A DNA stretch of 64,000 nucleotides from positions 655 through 64,654 of the forward strand of contig DATBSP010000113.1 of NCBI GenBank assembly GCA_036559705.1, read 5' to 3'. The translations under genes and the position numbers were made by a program. Under the pieces are notes generated by a model that worked only from the letters and a program-made list of their open reading frames with translations, was not told where the DNA came from and did not search any database. Shown one piece after another: positions 10,344 through 20,158 of this stretch (positions are counted from its first letter, which is position 1; each line of letters opens with the position of its first letter). The DNA is from Hyphomicrobium sp. Lineage in GTDB: Bacteria > Pseudomonadota > Alphaproteobacteria > Rhizobiales > Hyphomicrobiaceae.

Positions 10344-10587
10344 GCCATTTGGCACCACTGGCTTGCGCCAGAATTTTCACATGACGAATGCGCCGTGTGC
10401 CCGTCATGTCGCGCAGCAAGCGACATAGCCCCCGCGCTGTACCCAGTTCGCGCAAACGAACAGCACAGCCATCCGGTAGATCCCCGGGTGGAAGCTAGGG
10501 TCACCAAGTTACAGATTGACTACGAGTAGGAGGCCGGAACTCGCTGCGCAACCCCAGTTCTCGGGAAACTGGAGCGGTCTGAACTGT

Positions 10588-10662
10588 TGGAGCGGGCGAT
10601 CGGGATCGAACCGACGACATTCAGCTTGGGAAGCTGACGTTCTACCACTGAACTACGCCCGC
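10588..10662 (-). tRNA. tRNA-Gly (CCC)
   Basis: Reverse complement GCGGGCGTAGTTCAGTGGTAGAACGTCAGCTTCCCAAGCTGAATGTCGTCGGTTCGATCCCGATCGCCCGCTCCA shows acceptor stem, D loop, CCC anticodon, GGTTCGA T loop and encoded CCA. Confidence 0.97.
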
Positions 10663-10736
10663 GCTCTGCCCAAGCCATGTAGCACAGGCCGGTCCCCGGC
10701 GAAAAGCAGCGGGACGCGGCGCTGGTGCGGCTGTCC

Positions 10737-11120
10737 TCAAGCCTTGCCTTTGACCAGGGCGTCGCGGATCTCCTTCAAGTAGATCTCCGACTGGCTCGGG
10801 CCGGCGGCGGCGGCCTGGACCGGCTTGCGCACCATGTTGATGCCCTTGATGAGGAAGAACAGGGCGATAGCCGTGATGAGGAATTGGATGATGGCGTTGA
10901 GGAACAGGCCGTACTTGATCTCAACCGATTCGACGGGAGTAACGGTCAGGTTCGAGAAATTCACGCCCGCCGTCACGTAGCCAATGATGGGCATGATGAT
11001 GTTGGCAACGAGAGTGGCGACGATGGGCGTGAAGGCAGCGCCGATGATGACGCCGATGGCCAAGTCGATGACGTTGCCCTTCATCGCGAAATTCTTGAAT
11101 TCTTCCCACATCTCTTTCAT
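10737..11120 (-). CDS. mscL: Large-conductance mechanosensitive channel
   Basis: EFKNFAMKGNVIDLAIGVIIGAAF; YGLFLNAIIQF; LKEIRDAL. Confidence 0.97.
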   Translation of the reverse strand: MKEMWEEFKNFAMKGNVIDLAIGVIIGAAFTPIVATLVANIIMPIIGYVTAGVNFSNLTVTPVESVEIKYGLFLNAIIQFLITAIALFFLIKGINMVRKPVQAAAAGPSQSEIYLKEIRDALVKGKA

Positions 11121-11322
11121 TGGCGGTTCCTTCGGCTATCGCGGCTGTCCGGCCCGGATTCGCCACCCGGCGGCAAACCTTAAACGAAGAAAAGCTAGCC
11201 TAGAACCGGCCTTAAGGCGGGGGTCCGGCCTTGCCGCCATATATGTGTCGCACTGTTGGCGTGTACGTGATTTGTTGCGCCGGGGCCGGTCCCTGGGCAG
11301 GGGTAGGGGAGGTGCGACGATC

Positions 11323-11583
11323 ATGATGGAGCGCAAGGAGCGCAAGCCGTACTGGCGCCATACCAAGTGGCAGATGCTGGCCAGCGTGGTGCCATTCTTG
11401 GTGCTGATCATCGTCCTGCCGCTCTACGCCGAGAGCCTCAACACGGAGCGCTTCCTCGGCTTCCCCCTCGGCTATTTCCTCAGTGCCCACGGTATTGCGG
11501 TGATCGCCATCTTCACGGTAGGCAGCTTCGTCAACCGTCAGGACGCGATCGACCATTGGCACGGGGCGCACGAGGATAATTGA
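11323..11583 (+). CDS. DUF4212-type small subunit of sodium:solute symporter
   Basis: YWRHTK...FLGFPLGYFL..., two TM segments, directly upstream of the symporter. Confidence 0.85.
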   Translation: MMERKERKPYWRHTKWQMLASVVPFLVLIIVLPLYAESLNTERFLGFPLGYFLSAHGIAVIAIFTVGSFVNRQDAIDHWHGAHEDN

Positions 11584-11605
11584 GGCGACGGCTGGACCAA
11601 CTCGC

Positions 11606-13441
11606 ATGTCGCTGACCTCACGTACCCGCTTCGTCAATCCGCGGCTCGGAACCTACTTCGGCATCTTCGCCAGCTCGCTGGCCGGGCTTGTCATGCTGCT
11701 GCTCATCTTCGAGCAGCTCGGCACATCGGACAGCGTGCTGCGCTGGGCGATGCTGCTCGGGCCGTTGGCGCTCTACGCGGCCATCGGACTTTGCGTGCCG
11801 ACGCAGGAGCCGCTCGAATTCTTCGCCGCCGGCCGGCGCGTGCCCGCCGGCTATACCGGCCTTGGCATCGGTGTCGCCACCTTAGGCGCCACCGGCATGG
11901 TGGCCATGACCGGCGTGTTCTTCCTCATCGGTTTTGACGCGCTGTGCCTGATGATCGGCGCCCTCGCCGGCTTCGTCATCATGTCGGTGATGCTGGCGCC
12001 GTTTTTCCGCAAGTTCGGCGCCTTCACGGTGCCGAGCTACCTGGGGCGCCGTTTCGAAAGCAAGTTCGTGCGCCTCTTGTCGGCCGCGCTGCTCGCGGTC
12101 CCGGCCCTGTTGATGTTGGCTGCCGAGCTACGCATGGGCGCCTTCGCGGCCGGCTGGCTTTCGGGTCAGCCGCAAAGCATCATGATCCTCGTGCTGGTCG
12201 CCGCCTTCATCGTCACCGTCGTGCTCGGCGGCATGCGCTCGCTGACCTGGTCGGGTAGCGCCCAGGCTATCGCGGCCGTTTTAGCGCTCATCGTTCCCGT
12301 CACCATCGTCGCCGTGATAGTCACCAACTTCCCGCTGCCGCAGCTCACCAACGGTCCGCTGCTGCGCGCGCTGACGCATACCGAGGCCGCCCAGGGCCTT
12401 GCCATGGTCGACGCGCCGAGCCTCACGTTCGCGCTGCCGGGCGATGGCATCGGTCATATCGTTAAGCGTTTCACGGCGCCCTTTGGTGCCATCGGTCCGA
12501 TCGCTTTCGTCGTCGCCATGCTTACGGTAATGGCCGGCATCGCATCATCGCCTTGGCTCATCCCGCGCGTGACCATGACCCCCGGGGTCTACGAGACGCG
12601 CAAGTCGCTAGGCTGGGCGACCGTCTACCTCGGTCTCATCATGCTGACGGCGGCCGCCGTGTCGGTCTTCATGCGCGACTTCCTCATGGACATGATCAGG
12701 GCAGGGCCATCGGGAACGCTTGCGCCGTGGATGCAACAACTCGTTCAGCTCGGCTTCGTGTCCGTCGATACGGCGGCAGCGCCGCTGACCTACTCCAGCT
12801 TCGGCTTCCTGCGCGACGGCGTGCTGCTCAGCCTGCCAGTGGCGGCGGGGCTGCCTAGCGTCTTTGTCTATTTCGCCGCGGCCGGCATTGTGGCCGCTGC
12901 GCTGGTCGGTGCGGGCGCCACCGCCAGTGCCCTCGGCAACGTCATCGCCGAGGATGTGGTCAACGGGTTATCGTGGGAGCCGCTCCCGCGCGCGGGGCGC
13001 GTGCACATGGGGCGGCTGGCCATCGGCGGCGCCGCGGTGCTCGGCGGTGTCATCGCGCTTATCGCCCCGACCGACCCGCTCCGCCTCTTGCTGTGGTCGC
13101 TGGCGTTGAGCGGCTCGACCTTCTTTCCGGTGCTCGTGTTGTCGATTTGGTGGAAGCGCATGAACGGCTTCGGCGCCATTGCCGGCATGAGCTGCGGCTT
13201 TGCCGTCGCGGTGCTCACTATCCTTGCCGGCGAAGCCAACATTCTCGGCCTCGACGGGGCATTGGCAGGCATCCTGGGCTTGCCGGCGGGTGCGCTCGGC
13301 GCGCTGCTCGCCAGCATCGCGACGCCGGGACCGAGTCGCGGCGTGCTGGAGCTCGTCCGCGAGATCCGCATTCCCGGCGGTGAAGTGATTTACGATCGCG
13401 AGATGCGCCTGTTGCGGTTGAAGAACCGCGAGCGCTCTTAA
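11606..13441 (+). CDS. Sodium:solute symporter (ActP-like)
   Basis: Many TM helices; FFAAGRRVP, FGAFTVPSYLGRRF, GGMRSLTW, IWWKRMNGFGAIAGM. Confidence 0.92.
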   Translation: MSLTSRTRFVNPRLGTYFGIFASSLAGLVMLLLIFEQLGTSDSVLRWAMLLGPLALYAAIGLCVPTQEPLEFFAAGRRVPAGYTGLGIGVATLGATGMVAMTGVFFLIGFDALCLMIGALAGFVIMSVMLAPFFRKFGAFTVPSYLGRRFESKFVRLLSAALLAVPALLMLAAELRMGAFAAGWLSGQPQSIMILVLVAAFIVTVVLGGMRSLTWSGSAQAIAAVLALIVPVTIVAVIVTNFPLPQLTNGPLLRALTHTEAAQGLAMVDAPSLTFALPGDGIGHIVKRFTAPFGAIGPIAFVVAMLTVMAGIASSPWLIPRVTMTPGVYETRKSLGWATVYLGLIMLTAAAVSVFMRDFLMDMIRAGPSGTLAPWMQQLVQLGFVSVDTAAAPLTYSSFGFLRDGVLLSLPVAAGLPSVFVYFAAAGIVAAALVGAGATASALGNVIAEDVVNGLSWEPLPRAGRVHMGRLAIGGAAVLGGVIALIAPTDPLRLLLWSLALSGSTFFPVLVLSIWWKRMNGFGAIAGMSCGFAVAVLTILAGEANILGLDGALAGILGLPAGALGALLASIATPGPSRGVLELVREIRIPGGEVIYDREMRLLRLKNRERS

Positions 13442-13466
13442 CGGCGCAGCAATCGGGAATACGTCA

Positions 13467-14441
13467 ATGACCGTGCACGAGCGGCTGACGCTCTATCCGC
13501 TCCTCGAGCCCTATCGCACCGGCACGCTCGACGTCGGCGACGGCCACACCATGTACTTCGAGGAATGCGGCAATCCGCACGGCCAGCCGGCGCTGCTGGT
13601 GCATGGCGGACCCGGGGGCGGCTCCAATCCGACCATGCGCCGCTTTCACGATCCGAGCCATTACCGCATCATCTTGTTCGACCAGCGCGGCTGTGGCCGC
13701 TCGACGCCCAATGCGTCGCTGGAAGCCAACACCACCTGGCATCTCGTCGCCGACATGGAACGTCTGCGCGAGGCGCTGGGCGTCGAGCGCTGGCAGCTGT
13801 TTGGCGGCTCGTGGGGATCGACGCTGGCGCTAGCATATGCCGAGACGCATCCCGAGCGCGTGGAAAGCCTCATACTGCGCGGCATCTTCCTCGTGCGTCA
13901 CGCCGAGCTGCAGTGGTTCTATCAGGAGGGCTGTAGCTGGATCTATCCGGATGCATTCGCCGCCTACGCCGGCGCCATCCCGCCGGCCGAGCGCGGCGAC
14001 ATGATCGGTGCATACCACCGGCGGCTCGTCGATCCTGACCCGCAGGTACGGCTCGCAGCAGCCAAGGCGTGGAGCGTGTGGGAGGGTTCGACGCTGTCGC
14101 TCGTCCAGGATGCCGAGCGGATCCGCCAGTTCGGCGCCGACAGCTACGCGTTGGCTTTTGCGCGCATCGAATGTCATTACTTCATGCATGCCGGCTTTTT
14201 CGCCAGCGACGGCCAGCTTCTCGCCAACGCCGGACGGCTGCACGACATTCCGGGTGCCATCATCCACGGGCGCTACGACGTGGTGACACCGGTCAAGAAC
14301 GCCTGGGACCTCAAGAGCGTCTGGCCGAGCGCCGAACTGCGCATCGTCGCCGATGCCGGACACGCGATGAGCGAGCCGGGCATCGCCCACGAGCTCGTAT
14401 CGGCAACTCGACGCTACCGCAGCGACGCGGCCGGCACTTAG
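13467..14441 (+). CDS. pip: Prolyl aminopeptidase (copy 1)
   Basis: HGGPG, DQRGCGRS, GGSWG nucleophile, GRYDVV, AGH. Confidence 0.95.
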   Translation: MTVHERLTLYPLLEPYRTGTLDVGDGHTMYFEECGNPHGQPALLVHGGPGGGSNPTMRRFHDPSHYRIILFDQRGCGRSTPNASLEANTTWHLVADMERLREALGVERWQLFGGSWGSTLALAYAETHPERVESLILRGIFLVRHAELQWFYQEGCSWIYPDAFAAYAGAIPPAERGDMIGAYHRRLVDPDPQVRLAAAKAWSVWEGSTLSLVQDAERIRQFGADSYALAFARIECHYFMHAGFFASDGQLLANAGRLHDIPGAIIHGRYDVVTPVKNAWDLKSVWPSAELRIVADAGHAMSEPGIAHELVSATRRYRSDAAGT

Positions 14442-14917
14442 CCGCCGAGCGCACCGATGAAGTGCAGCACGACCTCGCGACGGTGTGGCCGGTCGCGGTG
14501 CTCGACGACGTAGATGCCCTGCCATGTGCCGAGCAGCATCCGGCCCGCCTTCACTGGTATCGACAGCGACGTCGCCGTCAGCGCCGATTTGATGTGCGCC
14601 GGCATGTCGTCCGGTCCTTCGACGTCATGAACGTAGGCGTGGTCGCGCGGGGCAAGCCGCTCGAGGGCGTCGAGCAGGTCGGTGTGAACGTCGGGGTCAG
14701 CGTTCTCCTGGATCAGCAGCGACGCCGAGGTGTGCCGGATGAACAGGGTCAGTAGCCCGTCGCCGGCACGGATCCGGTCGAGCCAGGCCCGCACCGGCGC
14801 GGTCTGATCGGACAGCCCCGGACCACGCGTCTCGACCACTAGCGTCTCGAGCGCCTGTCCGATCTGCCCCTCGTTGGTTGTCCTCGTAGTCATCGACTTC
14901 GTAATCATCCGCTTCAC
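14438..14917 (-). CDS. YjbQ/UPF0047 family protein
   Basis: HTSASLLIQENADPDV, DDMPAHIK, LGTWQGIY. Start may be 14893. Confidence 0.93.
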   Translation of the reverse strand: MKRMITKSMTTRTTNEGQIGQALETLVVETRGPGLSDQTAPVRAWLDRIRAGDGLLTLFIRHTSASLLIQENADPDVHTDLLDALERLAPRDHAYVHDVEGPDDMPAHIKSALTATSLSIPVKAGRMLLGTWQGIYVVEHRDRPHRREVVLHFIGALGG

Positions 14918-15015
14918 ATAGCGAGGCGCCGGCCTCGCGTCATGGGCGCGGGGGCGCCAATGCGAGGTCCATTTTGCCGCTAATTGCCGCTGTGAGTGCG
15001 ATTTTCACCCGCTGC

Positions 15016-15031
15016 TTAACCCGGCGTTTAC
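15016..15031 (+). promoter_or_regulatory. Candidate CtrA box upstream of the podJ-like gene
   Basis: TTAA-cccggcg-TTTAC against consensus TTAA-N7-TTAAC; one mismatch. Confidence 0.5.
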
Positions 15032-15148
15032 CGCGACTCGCGAACCCTGGGGATGAGCGGATTCTCGTTTTGCGCGTCCCGATTCGGCAACAGCAGCAGA
15101 ACGAGCCAACGCCCGTGTGGGGCCATCGACCAGCGCCAAGGGATTGAG

Positions 15149-18100
15149 ATGTCGAACCAAGCCTACAACGAACTCTATGGCGCGAGCGCCGCGGCCAAGG
15201 CTTCGAACGAGCCGTCCCAGGCGAACATGCTCGATCAGATGCGTGATCGGCTGGCCTCGCTGAGCGACGAGGCAAGGTCGATCAGGTCGCAGGTCCCGCA
15301 CGAGTTCGAGCCGGATATCGAGCGCATCCAAGCGCAGATGCAGCGCCTCGGCGAGCGCCTTTCCGACCTCGGTCGCGGGGCGGTCGTTCCATACAACTCG
15401 GCGCAGCGGGCAACGGAGCAGCGCGTCAAGACGGTCCGCTACGTCACCGAAGAGGACATCCGGGTGGCGCGCGTGACGCCCGACGAGGTCATCCTGCTTG
15501 GCAGCCCGGCGACCGCGAAAAGCAACGAGGAGAACACCAATCCGTGGGACGCGGCGGCCGCCAACGCGCTCGTCGAACTTTACGAGTCCGAAGTCTATTC
15601 CTCGTACCGCCGGGAGCCCCGCGCCCAGAGCACGGGTACGCGTAGCGGCACGCCGGCTGCGTCCGGCCGCACGCTGCAGCAGGCTCCCAAGCAGGCGCTC
15701 TATGCTTGCGGGCCGGCCGGCGCGCATTCTACCGCCATGGCCGATGGGCCGCAGGCCGCACCGGGCGGCTGCGCGATGGACACCACTTGGCTCGACCAGC
15801 GCTTTGCCGACATCGCGGCGCGCATCGAGCAATCGTTAGCCCGCATGCGACCTGAGAATGCCATGCTGTCGCTCGGACGCCGCTTCGATGCGCTCGAGAC
15901 GCAGCTGAACTCGGTGCTTGGCCACGTGGCGACGCGTGCCGATCTCGACGAGTTGCGCGCCGCCGAGGGGCAGATCGACGAGATCAGCAACCAGCTCGGT
16001 CAATTCCGCCGCCAGCTGGCGCGTCTCGACGTCATCGACGCGCACCTTGGCACGCTGACCTCGCAGCTTTCCGACGAGCGCCTGACGCGTCTCTTCAACG
16101 ATGGCGTGCAGGTAACCTCCGACGCCGGCCGCCTCGACGCCATCGACGCGCAGCTGCGCATGATCGCCGTACAGCTTTCCGACGAGCGCCTCTCGGGTCT
16201 CGTCAGCCGCAGCTCGGCGCGCGACGTCGACTATGAGGATCTCGCCAACTCGGCAGCGCAGCGCGCCGCCGCCAACTTCGTCGAGAGCAATATCCACAAC
16301 GTCCAGGCGCGCGACATCGGCGAAATGCGCGGCATGCTCGAGAATCTCATCAACGAGCGCCGCCACAACGACGAGAACAACGCCAGCATGCTGGAGACGA
16401 TGCAGCAGGCGATCATTCGCGTGCTGGATCGCATCGATGCGCTTGAGATCACCCAGCAGGAAGCCCCGGCCGCCCACTATGGCATGGCGCCTGCTCCGGC
16501 TTCGGCGATGGCAGCCCCGGCGCCCGCCACGATGGACGACCTCGTGCCGCCGACGGCGCGGGTCTACGCCGAGATGCCGCCGGCCGAGGATCATTCCGAT
16601 TTCCTGCCGTCGGAGCCGCAGGGCATCGAGAGCGCCGACGCGCATACCTACCGGCAGCACGAGGAGGCCGACCAAGTCCCCCCGCGGCTGCCCGTCTACA
16701 CCACGGCGAGCTTCGACCTCGATGCCGCCTTCTCGCGCTCGCGCGATGCCGAGGCTGACGCTTTCGACGAGCCGCAGGCGCAGAAGCGCTCCATGGAAGT
16801 GCTGCGCCACGACTTCATCGCCGATGCGCACCGCGCCAAGCTCAAAGCGGCGAGCAAGCCCGACGACTCCGGCCCGTATAGCGACCTGCGCGCCGGCGAG
16901 CTCTCGGTGAATCCCAAGGACATTCCGAAGAAAGCACGGCGGTCGATCTTCTCCTTTCGCTCGCAACGGGTGGCGATGAGCCTGCTGGTGCTGCTGGCAG
17001 CGATCCCCGCGGCGATCTTCTTCATGCCGCGCAGCCCTGCCCCGCAGATTGACGCTGTCCCCGCCGCCGTCGAGGCCCCGCTTTCCGCGCAGGGCGAAAT
17101 GGCTCCGGCGATGGCCCCACCGGCCGATATTGCGCCTGAGATGCCCGCGGTTCCCGAGGTGGCGCCGCCGGTCATCACGCCGCCGCCGCCGAAGCAGACC
17201 AAGCAGGTCGTCCCGCCGCTCGAGAAGGGCGAATATGAGGACGTGAATGCCGACGGCGCACCCGTCGACACGGCATCGCTCCCCGACGGCGTCGCCGTGC
17301 AGGACAACGTTGCCAGCGGTCGGCAGCTCGCGCAGCTGAACGAGCAGGCGCGTATGGCGTACCTCTCCGGCCAGCTTGGTGCCGCCGCCGCCAAAGCGAC
17401 TTCGGCAGCGCTGATGCAGGAGCAAGTCATTCGCGGCAACGGTGGCGCTGCCTCCGTCGCCGGCGACGAGGCCACGCCGGCCAACGACGGCTCAAAGCTC
17501 CCGCCGGCGACCGTAGGGCCGTTCTCGCTCCGCCTGGCGGCTGCGCAGGGCGATGCTTCGGCGCAGTTCGAGGTCGCCTCGCGTCTCGCCGAGGGCAAAG
17601 GCCTTGACCAGGATCTCAAGGAAGCCACGCAATGGTACCAGCGCTCGGCGGCCAGCGGCTTTGCGATGGCGCAGTTCCGTCTTGGCACGCTTTACGAGCG
17701 CGGGCTCGGCGTGAAGCCCGACGCCTCGCGTGCGCGGGCTTGGTATGAGCGCGCCGCCGCGCAGGGCAACGTCAAGGCCATGCACAATCTTGCGGTACTC
17801 GCCGCTGCGCACAGCCCCAAGGGCGACTACGAGGGCGCCGTCCGCTGGTTCAATGCCGCCGCTGAGCACGGCCTCGCCGACAGCCAATACAATCTCGCCG
17901 TGCTGTACGAGAACGGCATGGGCGTTACCAAGAATATGCAGCAGGCCTATAAGTGGCTGCTGCTCGCCGCCAAGTCGGGCGACAAGGATGCCGCTGGCCG
18001 TCGCGATGTGCTGAAGCCGAAGTTGAGCGAAGGCGATCTCGCTGCTGCCGAGGAGCAGGCCGCGTCCTGGCGGGCCAAGCCAATCAAGAACCTCGCCAAC

Positions 18101-18151
18101 GACCCACGCCTTGCCGGTCAGGCCTGGCGGGATAGCAACGTCCGCGGCTGA
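15149..18151 (+). CDS. podJ: PodJ-like polar localisation factor (coiled coil, TM segment, Sel1 repeats)
   Basis: Long coiled-coil N-terminus, one TM segment (MSLLVLLAAIPAAIFFM), Pro-rich linker, Sel1 repeats (AQFRLGTLYERGLG, AMHNLAVL, SQYNLAVLYENGMG). Followed by TauE and TIGR02186 genes, as in Rhizobiales. Confidence 0.8.
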   Translation: MSNQAYNELYGASAAAKASNEPSQANMLDQMRDRLASLSDEARSIRSQVPHEFEPDIERIQAQMQRLGERLSDLGRGAVVPYNSAQRATEQRVKTVRYVTEEDIRVARVTPDEVILLGSPATAKSNEENTNPWDAAAANALVELYESEVYSSYRREPRAQSTGTRSGTPAASGRTLQQAPKQALYACGPAGAHSTAMADGPQAAPGGCAMDTTWLDQRFADIAARIEQSLARMRPENAMLSLGRRFDALETQLNSVLGHVATRADLDELRAAEGQIDEISNQLGQFRRQLARLDVIDAHLGTLTSQLSDERLTRLFNDGVQVTSDAGRLDAIDAQLRMIAVQLSDERLSGLVSRSSARDVDYEDLANSAAQRAAANFVESNIHNVQARDIGEMRGMLENLINERRHNDENNASMLETMQQAIIRVLDRIDALEITQQEAPAAHYGMAPAPASAMAAPAPATMDDLVPPTARVYAEMPPAEDHSDFLPSEPQGIESADAHTYRQHEEADQVPPRLPVYTTASFDLDAAFSRSRDAEADAFDEPQAQKRSMEVLRHDFIADAHRAKLKAASKPDDSGPYSDLRAGELSVNPKDIPKKARRSIFSFRSQRVAMSLLVLLAAIPAAIFFMPRSPAPQIDAVPAAVEAPLSAQGEMAPAMAPPADIAPEMPAVPEVAPPVITPPPPKQTKQVVPPLEKGEYEDVNADGAPVDTASLPDGVAVQDNVASGRQLAQLNEQARMAYLSGQLGAAAAKATSAALMQEQVIRGNGGAASVAGDEATPANDGSKLPPATVGPFSLRLAAAQGDASAQFEVASRLAEGKGLDQDLKEATQWYQRSAASGFAMAQFRLGTLYERGLGVKPDASRARAWYERAAAQGNVKAMHNLAVLAAAHSPKGDYEGAVRWFNAAAEHGLADSQYNLAVLYENGMGVTKNMQQAYKWLLLAAKSGDKDAAGRRDVLKPKLSEGDLAAAEEQAASWRAKPIKNLANDPRLAGQAWRDSNVRG

Positions 18152-18374
18152 CCCTTTAGGGTTCGGGAATAAATCCAGTGCGCCGCGGCTGCCGCGGCGC
18201 ACTTCGCTTTAGCGAACCCTGTATCTTTACCTGCGCCCCCGTATCCTGACGGCGCCGCCCGCGGCTCTTGCCTTGACACAGCATGCGATGTCGGAGCATC
18301 AGGCGATTATCGGCTGGCACGCTGCGCATGCCTTTTGAGGCGCGCTCCGAAGGGTAAGTCCGCAAGCAAAACTG

Positions 18375-19304
18375 ATGAACATCTACCTGCCCATCGCCGA
18401 GATGTCCGTCAATGTTGCGCTTTTCCTCGGCTTGGGCGGCGCCGTGGGATTTCTGTCGGGCCTGTTCGGTGTCGGCGGCGGCTTCCTGCTCACCCCACTG
18501 CTGATCTTCATGGGTGTACCCTCGGCGGTGGCCGTGGGCACCGGCTCGATGCAGATTCTCGCGTCATCGGTGTCCGGGGCCATCGCCCAGTACCGGCGCA
18601 ACAACGTCGACGTGAAGATGGGCGCCGTGCTCGTGATCGGCGGCGTCATTGGCTCAGCCATCGGCGTGTCACTCATGAGGATTCTGCGCCAGGCCGGTCA
18701 GTTCGATCTATTTGTTTCGCTGAGCTACGTCACCTTCCTCGGCGCCGTCGGCGCGCTCATGATGATCGAGAGCGTCGGCACGCTACACCGTTCGCAGTCC
18801 GGCCAGCCGAGCTCGGTGCGCAAGACCGGTCAGCACAGCTGGGTGCATGGCCTGCCCTTCAAGATGCGCTTCCACCGCTCCAAGCTCTACATCAGCGTTA
18901 TCCCGCCGGCGATGATCGGCGCCTTCGTCGGATTCATGGCGGCGATCATGGGGGTCGGCGGCGGCTTCGTCATGGTTCCCGCCATGATCTACCTGCTGCG
19001 CGTGCCGACAAGCGTCGTTATCGGCACGTCGCTGTTCCAGATCGTTTTCGTCATGGCGGTGACAACGCTGCTGCAGGCCATGCAGAACAAAGCCGTCGAC
19101 GTGGTGCTCGCCTTGGTACTCATTCTTGGCGGCGTCATTGGTGCGCAATTCGGCGCCGCAGCCGGCGGGCGATTGAAGGGCGAGCAGCTGCGCTTCATGC
19201 TCGCCGCCCTCGTCCTGCTGGTTTGCCTGCGCATCGGCTGGGACCTGATGGCTAAGCCGGCCGAGATCTATTCGATCGGACCGGTGCTCGGGGGAGGCTT
19301 CTGA
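18375..19304 (+). CDS. TauE/SafE (TSUP) family membrane transporter
   Basis: MNIYLPIAEMSVN; duplicated GLFGVGGGF / IMGVGGGF motifs. Confidence 0.93.
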   Translation: MNIYLPIAEMSVNVALFLGLGGAVGFLSGLFGVGGGFLLTPLLIFMGVPSAVAVGTGSMQILASSVSGAIAQYRRNNVDVKMGAVLVIGGVIGSAIGVSLMRILRQAGQFDLFVSLSYVTFLGAVGALMMIESVGTLHRSQSGQPSSVRKTGQHSWVHGLPFKMRFHRSKLYISVIPPAMIGAFVGFMAAIMGVGGGFVMVPAMIYLLRVPTSVVIGTSLFQIVFVMAVTTLLQAMQNKAVDVVLALVLILGGVIGAQFGAAAGGRLKGEQLRFMLAALVLLVCLRIGWDLMAKPAEIYSIGPVLGGGF

Positions 19305-20155
19305 TGCATCGCCTTCTCGTCTGTATGCTAGCCACCGTCATCGCCATCCCCGCTCTCGCGCAGGAAAGGGCTACGCCGCGCCTAGGACCGGTGTCGCCGC
19401 CGACTGCGCAACCGCCGACGCCGGTCCAGAAGCCGACGGTCGAGGCCGACATCTCGACGCGCAGCCTCGAGGTGACTACTGGCTTCACCGGCCACGAGAT
19501 CATCGTGTTCGGCGCCGTCGACAACAGCCAAGCACCGCAAGAGCACGGCGGCTACTATGATGTCGTCGTAGTGGTGGAGGGAACGCCGTTCCCCGTCGTC
19601 GTCCGCAAGAAAAGCGACGTCGCCGGCGTGTGGATCAACACTTCGTCTGTCACCTTCGCTTCGGTGCCCAGCTACTACGCCATCGCCTCGACGCGTCCGA
19701 TAGAAGAGATCGCCGGGCCGCCGGTGCTGGAGCGGCACGCCATCGGCTTCCAGCACATCAAGATGACGCCCGCCGCCGGCGCCCGCGGAACCTTCAAGGA
19801 TTACGAGCTGGCTGCCTACAGGGCGGCCGTCATTCGCTTGAAGAAGGCCCAGAACCTCTACGTCATTCAGCCGAAGGACGGTGTCACCTTCACGGGGCGT
19901 AGCCTGTTCCGCAGCACCATCGCCTTGCCGGCCAACGTCCCGGTGGGCCCGCTCGTTGCCCGCACATACCTGTTCCGCAATGGCGAGGTCATCAGCGCCC
20001 ACATCGCCCGCGTCACGCTGCAACGCGCCGGCATCGAGCGGCTGGTGCACAATTTCGCGTTCGTCCACTCCATGAGCTACGGGCTGATAGCGGTCTTGCT
20101 TGCCGTGGTTTCGGGCTTGCTCGCCTCAGCCTACTTCCGCCGGCAGCCGGCCTAG
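19304..20155 (+). CDS. TIGR02186 family conserved membrane protein
   Basis: Signal peptide, FTGHEIIVFGAV, VRKKSDVAGVWIN, LPANVPVG, C-terminal TM; translationally coupled to the TSUP gene. Confidence 0.9.
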   Translation: MHRLLVCMLATVIAIPALAQERATPRLGPVSPPTAQPPTPVQKPTVEADISTRSLEVTTGFTGHEIIVFGAVDNSQAPQEHGGYYDVVVVVEGTPFPVVVRKKSDVAGVWINTSSVTFASVPSYYAIASTRPIEEIAGPPVLERHAIGFQHIKMTPAAGARGTFKDYELAAYRAAVIRLKKAQNLYVIQPKDGVTFTGRSLFRSTIALPANVPVGPLVARTYLFRNGEVISAHIARVTLQRAGIERLVHNFAFVHSMSYGLIAVLLAVVSGLLASAYFRRQPA

Positions 20156-20158
20156 AGG

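Noticed and set aside
10497-10577. AGGGTCACCA (10497-10506) and TGGAGCGG (10570-10577) as additional tRNA-end att fragments
   Set aside because: At 8-10 bp they are too short to distinguish from chance.
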